Source: Mobula hypostoma
Lineage: Eukaryota
Direction: 5' to 3'
Assembly: GCF_963921235.1 (NCBI RefSeq)
Contig: NC_086097.1
Coordinates: 7,874,001 to 7,938,000, forward strand
Length of the DNA: 64,000 nt
Of the stretch, positions 39,656 to 49,857 are shown piece by piece. How positions within the stretch are numbered: position 1 is the stretch's first letter; each line of letters starts with the position of its first letter. The notes under the pieces are model-generated. The model was not told the origin of the DNA, searched no databases, and saw only the letters and a program-made list of their open reading frames with translations. The position numbers and the translations under genes were made by a program.

Positions 39656-40634
39656 TGAAGCAATGTATTTCTGGCACAACTTCTGCTTGATAATTTGGGA
39701 AGATCAGGGTTCATTCATTTAGTTTGTACAAAAGTCTTGATATTATGTGATTTTATTGCCAGAGTGGTGCGTCTATTGTACAGATTGTATTGACTCTGCA
39801 TGTCCTCAGTTAGATACCATTTCAATTTTTGTTAAGGGTATGCATGAAATCCCATAGAAATGTAGAGCTACAAATTACCCACCTTCCAATATTGTATTTA
39901 TACAAGTCTCTTTAGAGAGGTACTATTAAACTTTGCTTTCATCACCATTTCATACAGGAGATTACAGATTATAAAATGCACCGTGTGAAAATACTTCCCT
40001 GTGTGTTTCTGCTTTCTTTGCCAAAGTCTTTGTTCCTGATTGCCAATCCTTCTGTGACTGAAACCCATATCTTCACTGAAGCTGGAAAACTTTTTACCAA
40101 GCGTAACAGGAGTGATGTGAAGATGATGTTTCCCCGGTTGGGCTGTGAGAACCAAAGCTCACAGTCTCATTATAAGCATTGAGAGGGGAAGAAAGTTCTA
40201 CCCAAGAGGATCAATGGTACATTCAAAACAAAGAAAAATAATTTTAGGTATATCCAGAGTCAAGGAATATGTGGTGTGTGTGGGATGGTGGTACTGGGAT
40301 ATAAGTGGAGCTACGGTTTTATTGTGTGGCAGAGCAGATATGAGGAGCTGACTGACTTCCTCCAGCTTCTATTTCTTGTGTTAAAGTACTTCATGAATTT
40401 TTTAAGAACTCTGTCAAAGCATTCTGTCTGGATACATAATGGCTAGGTATGGGAACCACTGTGCATGCATCTGCAAGAAACTGCAGCTCAGCAAATTATG
40501 GGAAACAGCCTCCCCTCTATAGACTCTGTCTATACTTATTGCTGCCTCAGTAAATCAGCCAGCGTAATCAAATACCCCACCTACCCTGGACAGTCTCCCT
40601 TCTCTCCTTTCCCATCAGACAGAAGAATCAAAAG

Positions 40635-41004
40635 CAGGCATCCCACCCTGCAAAAACTCATTTCAGGGAGGTAGCACCATCGATTTGCGGGAGACTCCTG
40701 GAACTTCCGGGAGAGATGGGATGTTTGCAATAGAGTAGCTCCTGAGCAGCTAGCCAGTAAATTTAAATAACGGTAACTATGCTAATGAACGAACGACACC
40801 TGTTAAACTCACCTCAACATGTCTTTTACAGTCTTAACCCACCATGGGCAATAGAAAAGTCACTGTTGCAAACAGTGCAGCTAGCAACACTGTCATTATT
40901 TTTCACCCCTATTAGGCAGGGGTACTCTTTAGGGTAGTCTGGGGTGACGTACGTTTTATATTTTCTTTTTTTGGAATACTGCCATGGCGCGCTCTCGCTC
41001 TCTT

Positions 41005-41041
<37 letters not shown>

Positions 41042-41085
41042 CTCTCACTCTCTGTCTCTCTCTCGCTCTCTCGCTCTCTCTCTCA

Positions 41086-41131
<46 letters not shown>

Positions 41132-41181
41132 CTCTCGCTCTCTCGCTCTCTCGCTCTCTCTCGCTCTCTCGCTCTCTCTCG

Positions 41182-41212
<31 letters not shown>

Positions 41213-41378
41213 GTGCGCGCGCTCTCTCTCATGGTCGCTCTCGCGCTTTCTCTTGCTTTCTCTCGCTCGCTCTCAAAAAAATTGATTTCCGTGATATTGT
41301 ATATAATTTGCGGGCATCAGGGAGCCACTATTAATATGCGGCAGACTCCCAGAACTTCCAGGAGAGGTGGGATGTCTG
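40635..41378. mobile_element. Non-autonomous TIR transposon (hAT/Blackjack-like) with 6-bp TSD
   Basis: CAGGCATCCCACC...GGTGGGATGTCTG; TSD CAAAAG (40629-40634, 41379-41384). Confidence 0.85.
40988..41273. repeat. Long (CT)n/(CTCG)n microsatellite
   Basis: Read directly; explains the SL-repeat ORFs. Confidence 0.95.
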
Positions 41379-42266
41379 CAAAAGCCTGGAAGTCTGTAAA
41401 GAAGTGCTTCTATCCCACTATTATCAGAGTCAAAAACAAACCCCTTGTACAATAAGATGGACTCTTAACCTCACAATCTAATTATATTTTACACTTTATT
41501 GTTTACCTGTGCTGCACTTTTTCTGTAGGTTTTACACTTTAATCTGCTATTGTTATTATTCTAGCTCAATGCACATAGTAATCATTTGATCTGCATGAAC
41601 AGTTTGCAAGACATTGTGTCTTCTTGTTATCTGTGTCGATAATGTGACAATAGGGTGTCACAAGGCAGCACAGTGGTTAGCGCAATTGCTTTACAGATCA
41701 TCGATTCGGTTACGGTTTCCATCACTGTCTGTAAAGAGTATGCACGTTCTTCCTGTGACCTCGTGGCTTTCCTTAGGATGCTCTTGTCTTCTCCCACATT
41801 CCAAAGATGTATGGGTTAGGGTTGGTGAGTTGCAGGCATGCAATGTGGGCGCTGGAGGTGTGGTGACACCCACAAGCTGCCCCACTCCCAGCACAACCCT
41901 GGGACCGTGTTGAATGTTGATGCCATGTGACAAATTTCACTGTATGTTCTGATGTTTTGATGTACATATGACAAGTAAAACTAACCTTTATCTTTAACAA
42001 ACCAACTTCTCCTTAAAATCCTCAGCCGGAAGATTGACCCAGTATAATGAGAGTGTGGAATGAGCTGCCAGCACATGTGGTGGATGCAGGGTTGAGTTCA
42101 AAATTTAAGAGAAAGTTGGATAGGGAGAGGTATGGTCAGCTATAGGCAAGACAAGTTTATTGCCATTTAACTATATACTTGTATACCGCCAAATGAGACA
42201 GTATTTCTCCGGACCAGCATGAAAAGCACAGTAGTACACATAACACACAGTAACTTAGGAAAGTAA

Positions 42267-42518
42267 GGCTACGTCCACACAGGTCCTGACGAAGGGTCTC
42301 GGCCTGAAACGTCGACTGCGCCTCTTCCTATAGATGCTGCCTGGCCTGCTGCGTTCACCAGCAACTTTGATGTGTGTTGCTTGAATTTCCAGCATCTGCA
42401 GAATTCCTGTTGTCTACGTCCACACTAGACTGGATAATTTTGAAAACGCCGGTTTCACGTAAAAATGAGAGGCGTCCACACCAGGCGTTTTTGAAAATAC
42501 CTCCGTCCACATTAAAAC
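42267..42518 (+). mobile_element. PIF/Harbinger-like MITE left end, interrupted by a hammerhead cassette
   Basis: TAA|GGCTACGTCCACACT terminus with CGTCCACA subterminal repeats. Confidence 0.7.
42282..42317 (+). ncRNA. Minimal type I hammerhead ribozyme, intact core
   Basis: GGTC-CTGACGA-A-GGGT(CTCG)GCCT-GAAA-CGTC-GACT; predicted cleavage after 42313. Confidence 0.82.
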
Positions 42519-43118
42519 AGCTCAGAAGCCTAATGGCCTGAGGGAGAAAAACTGTTTCTCATCCTGTCCATTCTTGTTTTTATGCACTGGTGTTTCCTAC
42601 TTGATAGTAGAAAGTCAAAGAGGATGCTGGATGGATGGGTGGGATCCTTAATAATACCAAGGGCCCTGCGTACACAGCACTCCTGATACATGTCCCTGTG
42701 CAGGTTGATGGGACTAGGCAGCTTCAATGGTTCGGTGTGCACTGGATGGGCCGAAGGGCCTGTTGCAGTGCTTAGTTTTCTATGACACTACAGCACGTCA
42801 CTTTTTCAACTCAGTTCACTACAATGGAATTTTTAAAATTCTGATTCTGTTCTCTCTGGCATAATTTTGAATTTTTTTTTGTTTAACTTATGTTTTCTTG
42901 GGCTCTGATATGGTTATAAATAAGTTTTTAAGGCACCCATGCATGAGTGTATTTGTGCACATGACAGTAAACTTGGTTTTGTCTTTGGACTTGGTAAAGT
43001 CCAACATAAACTCAAAGAATAACATTCGTCCTCTGACTGGCCACGCAACAGCCTTCCAAGTTCAACAATTTCAGATAATTACTTACTCCAGCCTTTGTAG
43101 ATTTTTTCCTTTTCTATT

Positions 43119-43990
43119 GTCATAGTCATAGTCATACTTAATTGATCCCGAGGGAAATTGATTTTTATTACAGTTGCACCATAAATAATTAAATAGTAAT
43201 AAAACCGTAAATAATTAAATAGTAATATGTAAATTATGCCAGGAAATAAGTCCAGGACCAGCCTAGTGGCTCAGGGTGTCTGACCCTCCAAGGGAGGAGT
43301 TGTAAAGTTTGATGGCCACAGGCAGGAATGACTTCCTATGACGCTCTGTGTTGCATCTCGGTGGAATCAGTCTCTGGCTGAATGTACTCCTGTGCCCAAC
43401 CAGTCCATTATGTAGTGGATGGGAGACATTGTCCAAGATGGCATGCAACTTGGACAGCATCCTCTTTTCAGACACCACCGTCAGAGAGTCCAGTTCCATC
43501 CCCACAACATCACTGGCCTTACGAATGAGTTTGTTGATTCTGTCGGTGTCTGCAACCCTCAGCCCGCTGCCCCAGCACACAACAGCAAACATGATAGCAC
43601 TGGCCACCACAGACTTGTAGAACATCCTCAGCATCGTCCGGCAGATGTTAAAGGACCTCAGTATCCTCAGGAAATAGAGATGGCTCTGACCCTTCTTGTA
43701 GACAGCCTCAGTGTTCTTTGACCAGTCCAGTTTATTGTCAATTCGTATCCCCAGGTATTTGTACTCCTTCAACATGTCCACACTGACCCCCTGGTTGGAA
43801 ACAGAGATCACCGGTGCCTTAGCTCTCCTCAGGTCCACCACCAGCTCTTTAGTCTTTTTCACATTAAGCTGCAGATAATTCTGCTCACACCATGTGACAA
43901 AGTTTCCTACCGTAGCCCTGTACTCAGCCTCATCTCCCTTGCTGATGCATCCAACTATGGCAGAGTCATCAGAAAACTTCTGAAGGTGAC
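43119..43990 (-). mobile_element. Young 5'-truncated Rex1 LINE
   Basis: Open RT C-half HLQKFSDDSAIVG...KSFLPVAIKLYN; (CTATGA)n tail. Confidence 0.93.
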
Positions 43991-43991
43991 C

Positions 43992-44545
43992 TAAGAGCAG
44001 AATTAGGTCATTCGGTCCATCAAGTCTATTCCACCATTCCATCATGGCTGATTTATTATCCCTCTCAACTCCATTCTCTTGCCTTCTCCCCATAAGCTTT
44101 CCCTCTTCATCAAGAAGCTATCAACTTCCACCTTAAATATATCCATTGACCTGTCCTGCACAGCCATCTAAGGCAATGAATTCCACAGATTCACTCCCCT
44201 CTGGCTAAAGAATTTTTTCCTCATCTCTGTTCTAAATGGACATCACTCAATTGTGAGGCTGTGCCTTCTGGTTGTAGACTCCCCCAATATAGGAAACATC
44301 CTCTCCAAATCCACTCTATTCAGACCTTCCAATATTTCAATGAGATCCCCTCTCATTCTTCTAAACTCCACTAGAGCCATCAAATGTCAACCTTTTCATT
44401 TCTAACATCATTATTGTGAACTTCCTCTGGATTCTCTCCAATGCCAGCATATTCTTTCTTAGATATGAGGCCCAAAACTGTTCATTATATTCTAAGTTCA
44501 GTCTGACCAATGCCTTATAAAGCCTCCACATCACATCCTTGCTTT
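43992..44545 (-). mobile_element. CR1 3' fragment
   Basis: CR1 3' UTR and ORF2 end on the minus strand. Confidence 0.85.
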
Positions 44546-46199
44546 AGTGCTATTGTGTACAGTCAGATAATTATTTCTTTTTCCATTAACACTTCTTTTA
44601 AACTGGTCTTTTATTATTAAGCTCCAGAACCTGGGCATTGGTATCTCCCTCTGCAAGTGGATCCTTGACTTCTTTATCAGAAACCACATTCAGTGGAAAT
44701 CAGTAAGAACATTTCCTTCTCTTTGTCAATATATGCACACTTCACAGATGTGTGCTTAGCCTACTGTTCTAATCTCTCCACAGTCATGACTATGCAGATA
44801 GACACAGCTCAAATACCACTGATAAATTCACTGATGATACCGTTGTTGGCTGAATGTCACATTGTGACGAAGATGTGTACAGGAGAGAGATAGGATGAGT
44901 TTTGGTTTATTATTGTTACATGTACTGAGATACAGTGAAAAGCTTGTCTTGCATATTGTTCATTCAGATCAAATAATTACACAGTGTATTGAAGCAGAAC
45001 AAGATAAAACAATAACAGAATGCAGAATGAAGTGTAACAATTGCAGGAAAGGTGTAGTGCAGGTAAACTATAAGGTGTAAGATTATAACAAGGTAGTTTG
45101 TGAGGTCAACAGTCAAATTTATCTTAGGGAATTAGTTAATAGTCTTATAACAGTGGGATAGAAGCTGTACTTGAATATAGTGGTATGTGCTCTTGCAAAT
45201 TTTCTGCCCAATGCGACAGAGGAGAAAGGAGAATATTCAGGGTGGGTTGGGTCTTTATGTCGGCTGTTTTACTGAAGCAATGAGAAGTGTAGACGGAGTC
45301 CTGAGGGGAGGCTGATTTCTCTGATGTACTGAGCTGTGTCTCTCAGCCACATGCAGACCAGTTACTCTACCAAGCCATTATGCATCCAGATGGGTTACTT
45401 TTGTGGTGTACCGATAAAATTTGATAAGGGTTGAGGCAGAAATTAATGCCAGGTTTCTGTTGGTTTGGCAGTATTGCCAGTTCCATCACAGACTCAACCC
45501 TCCCTGTCATTGAGTGCCTCAAAATGCAGCATCGATCATTAAAAACCGTCACCAACTTGAACATGCCCTTTAATGATACAACCACTGGGGAGGAAATACA
45601 GGATCCTGAAGACCCACACTCAGTATTCAAAGAATAGCTTCTTTTTCTCTGCCATCAATTTCTGAACAGTCCATAAACACAACCCCATTATTCCTCTTTT
45701 ATACTATTTACTTAGAGATACAGTGTGGAACAGGTTCTCACAGCCGTTCAACAACTCCTGACAACCCTTGATTTTAACCTAACCTAATCACAGGACAATT
45801 TACAATGACCAATTGACCTACTAAATGGTATGTCCTTGGACTGTGGGAGGAAACTAGAGCATGTCAAACAAAGTCATGCGGTCACAGGAAGAACGTACCA
45901 ACTCCTTACCAAGGACACCAGGACTGAACTCTAAAGTGGGAAGCCCAGGGCTGTAATTGCACTGACTGCTATGCTACTGTGGTGCCCATATTTTTGTAAT
46001 TTTTATGTCTTGCAATGTACTGCTGCCACAAAATAATAAATTGCATAACATACGTCTAAATCTGAATCTGATTATTAACTGCAACACCAAAAGTACTGGA
46101 GGAACTTGACAAGTCAGGCAGCCTCTGCAGAGCAAAGCGGATCGTCGATGTTTCTGGTCAAGTCCTTTCATTGGGATCTCTTGTTGTTCACTTATGCCC

Positions 46200-46615
46200 T
46201 AAAGGCAGGTTAGTGGTCCTTTAAAACCAGTTGCTCCGGGCAGACAGAGCTCTTCTGGCATGGTTTGCAACTCATCTAGGAGAAGGAAAACTCTGATCTC
46301 AAACTTCCATTGCCTTGAAGCTACATCCACTTGTGAGGAAGGGTTTGGGAGTAAACCCATAAGGAAAAAATCTGGAGCTGGAGTCGATAAGGAAGTCTTA
46401 CTTTGAGTTCAACGCTGACTGGCAACTCCTGCGACGCCACTGGGGCCAAACTGTATCAGTCTCTGCTGTTCCTTTGGGTTCATCAGCTACGTAGAGAGTG
46501 GAAGCCTGCTGCTTGGGCAGCAATTTGATCTCCATATCGTACTGCCCTGGCTTGTGTAACACATAGCCAGCTGGGCTGCGATATCCTTGGTCAACCCTGA
46601 CCAGTGAAGGCCTTG
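46200..46615 (+). mobile_element. RTE 5'-UTR-like repeat
   Basis: CTAGGAGAAGGAAAACTC motif recalled from RTE 5' UTRs; no ORF. Confidence 0.45.
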
Positions 46616-47178
46616 AATGCCCTTACTGCAAATTTCACAATGCATGTCAGTGATAATGAATCCAATACCGATTTTGTTTGCTTCTAACCTGGTTCAACAA
46701 TTTCTATTACTTGATCTTACCTGTCTGACAATTATCGGATCACAGCCCTTTTGTTCTCTGTGTCCCTCTCCTGATTCTCTCTATCTATAAATATGCTTCA
46801 TCTTTAACATCCCAGTACTGATAAAAGGTTATTGACTTGAAACATTTGCCTTTTCCCCACTTCTGCAGAAGATTCCTTCCAGAATGTTTATTTACTGTAT
46901 GAGGTTGCCTTTTATTAGAAGTAGTAGTTACTTTGAAATTTCCAGCATTCTCTTATGGGAAACCTTTCTTTGTTAAAATCTGAATGAACCAATCTGTTGT
47001 ACTCTGTGCATTGACTTTGCTTTAATACTGCATGAGTGTTTTGCTAAGCAGTCACATTAAATTATCAAAATAACTCCTCTTTTTCTTGTTATAAAACAAG
47101 TTTTGAGATACAAGATTGCCCATTGTTATTTCCAGTACACAAGTGTAAAGGAAAACAAGTTAATCATAAGGCCATAAG

Positions 47179-48672
47179 GTATGTGCCCCTCAGCTATGTG
47201 GAGAACTTCACCATGTCTTCAACCTGAGCCTGAGTCTCCAGAGGGTTCCTGTGCTGTGGAAGATGTCCTGCCTCGTCCCTGTGCCGAAGACGCCGCGCCC
47301 CAGCAGCCTCAATGACTACAGACTAGTGGCATTGACCTCCCACATCATGAAGACCCTGGAGAGACCTGTTCTGGAGCTGCTCCGGCCTATGATTAGGCCA
47401 CACTTAGATCCCCTCCAGTTCGCCTACCAGCCCCGACTAAGAGTTGAGGATGCCATTGTCTACCTGCTGAACCGTGTCTACGCCCACATGGACAAGCCAG
47501 CGAGCACTGTGAGGGTCACGTTTTTTGACTTCTCCAGTGCATTCAATACCATCCGCCCTGCTCTGCTGGGGGAGAAGCTGACAGCGATGCAGGTGGATGC
47601 TTTCCTAGTGTCATAGATTATTGATTACCTGACTGGCAGACGACAGTATGTGTGCTTGCAACACTGTGTGTCAGACAGAGTGATCAGCAGCATTGGGGCT
47701 CCACAGGGGACTGTGTTGTCTCCCTTTCTCTTCACCATTTACACCTCAGACTTCAACTACTGCACAGAGTCTTGCCACCTTCAGAAGTTTTCTGATGACT
47801 CTGCCATAGTTGGATGCATCAGCAAGAGAGATGAGGCTGGGTACAGGGCTACGGTAGGAAACTTTGTCACATGGTGTGAGCAGAATTATCTGCAGCTTAA
47901 TGTGAAAAAGACTAAGGAGCTGGTGGTGGACCTGAGAAGGGCTAAGGCACCGGTGTCCCCTGTTTCCATCCAGGGGGTCAGTGTGGACATGGTGGAGGAT
48001 TTCAAATACCTGGGGATACGAATTGACAATAAACTGGACTGGTCAAAGAACACTGAGGCTGTCTACAAGAAGGGTCAGAGCCATCTCTATTTCCTGAGGA
48101 GACTGAGTTCCTTTAACATCTATCAGACGATGCTGAGGATGTTCTACGAGTCTGTGGTGGCCAGTGCTATCATGTTTGCTGTTGTGTGCTGGGGCAGCAG
48201 GCTGAGGGTAGCAGACACCAGCAGAATCAACAAACTCATTCTTAAGGACAGTGATGTTGTGGGGATGGAACTGGACTCTCTAATGGTGGTGTCTGCAAAG
48301 AGGATGCTGTCCAAGTTGCATGCCATCTTGGACAATGTCTCCCATCCACTACATAATGGACTGGTTGGGCACAGGAGTACATTCAGCCAGAGACTCATTC
48401 CACCGAGATGCAACACTGAGCGTCATAGGAAGTCATTCCTGCCTGTGGCCATCAAACTTTACAACTCCTCCCCTGGAGGGTCAGACACTCTGAGCCAATA
48501 GGCGGGTCCTGAACTTATTTCCTGGCAAAATTTACATATTATTATTTAATTATTTATGGTTTTTATATCGCTATATCTATACTCTATGCTTGGTTGGTGC
48601 AACAGTAATGAAACCCAATTTCCCTCGGGATCAATAAAGTATGACTATGACTATGACTATGAGTATGACTAT
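47179..48672 (+). mobile_element. Young 5'-truncated Rex1 LINE with nearly intact RT
   Basis: ORFs 47251-47616 and 47650-48501 share one frame, broken by a single TAG; NDYRLVALTS, FFDFSSAFNTI, GAPQGTVLSP, KFSDD. Confidence 0.95.
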
Positions 48673-48720
48673 AGGAGTAGAATTTGGCCATTTGGTCCAT
48701 CAAGTCGATTCTGCCATTTC

Positions 48721-49857
48721 TTTTTTTATTAATTTTTTAATGCATTTCTACATTGAAACTACAGAAGAAAACCCCACAACAAAATGGAGATTTATACAGT
48801 GCAAAACAAACAAATCCAACATGTAATTCATAACAATAAGAAAAAAGCACCCAAAAGAGAATTATGTAGAATTAGTATCCAACCCAACCTCCCACTGAAA
48901 AAGAAAAACCCAAGCCAACTATTTCTGCATTAAAAGGGAAAAAAATCAATCAGAGCATTCAACCCCAGAGAACTGTAAATATATACAGGAAAAAAGAAAG
49001 TATGATGCCGACTACCAAAAGTATTATGTAATTCACAACAAAAAAATGTATAAGTTACAAAAAAAAAGCTGAAAGTAAGGGATTGTAGCATACAAAAAAA
49101 AAGAATAAACTTACCCTAAAGAAAGATTATGAAAATATTCAAGAAAAGGTCCCCACACCTTATGAAACTTTATGTCCGAATTAAGACATGAATAATTAAT
49201 CTTTTCGAGGTCTAAACAGGCCATAATATCACTAAGCCATTGAGCGTGAGTGGGTGGGGCAGCATTTTTCCACCTAAGAAGAACCAACCGTCGAGCCAAG
49301 AGAGAGGCAAAAGATAATGTTCAGCATTTAGTCGAACTCAAGTGCACATTTACTTCACCCAAGGTGCCAAAAAGAGCAACCAGAGGGTTAGGTTCCAAAT
49401 GGCAATTAAACATATGAGATAGGGTTGAAAAAACTTCTCTCCAGAATTTCGCTAGACTAGGACAGGTCCAATACATATGAATAAGGGAAGCCTCAGCACT
49501 TCACACTTATCACAGACAGGACTAATGTCAGGATAAAACCGCGATAATTTAGTTTTAGACATACGAGCCCTGTGTACAACCTTAAACTGTAAAAGGCAGT
49601 GGCGAGCACATAGAGAGGTTGAGTTGACTGACTTAAGAATTAAATCCCAAACCGCATCAGATAAGGAGATATTTAGATCTTGTTCCCAGGCAGTTCTGAT
49701 TTTATCAAAAGGGGCATACCTCAAAATCACTAACTTATCCTGAATAGCAGATATTAAAAAGTTTCACCCGATGGATTGATAGAAAGAAACAAGTCCAGAA
49801 CATTTTTCTCAGGCATCTCCGGAAAGTTTGATATCAAAGGGTTAATGAAATGTCTAA
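48721..49857 (-). mobile_element. L1/Tx1-type LINE 3' fragment
   Basis: AWEQDL..LQFKVVHR..CDKC zinc knuckle, ARRLVLLRWK..LDLEKI..FHKVWGPF; poly(A); 14-bp TSD GATTCTGCCATTTC (48707-48720, 49858-49871). Confidence 0.92.

Noticed and set aside
40944..41455. Three Ser/Leu-repeat ORFs
   Set aside because: They are translations of a (CT)n microsatellite.
43263..44093. 276-aa ORF as a novel fusion gene
   Set aside because: Chance in-frame join of a CR1 3' UTR to a truncated Rex1 RT.
46810..46850. Further hammerhead remnants (also near 3290-3325, 22600 and 46145-46178)
   Set aside because: The cores are too mutated to call as ribozymes; treated as old Penelope tails.
47251..48501. Active or domesticated reverse transcriptase
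   Set aside because: 5'-truncated, has an internal stop, and is near-identical to other Rex1 copies.
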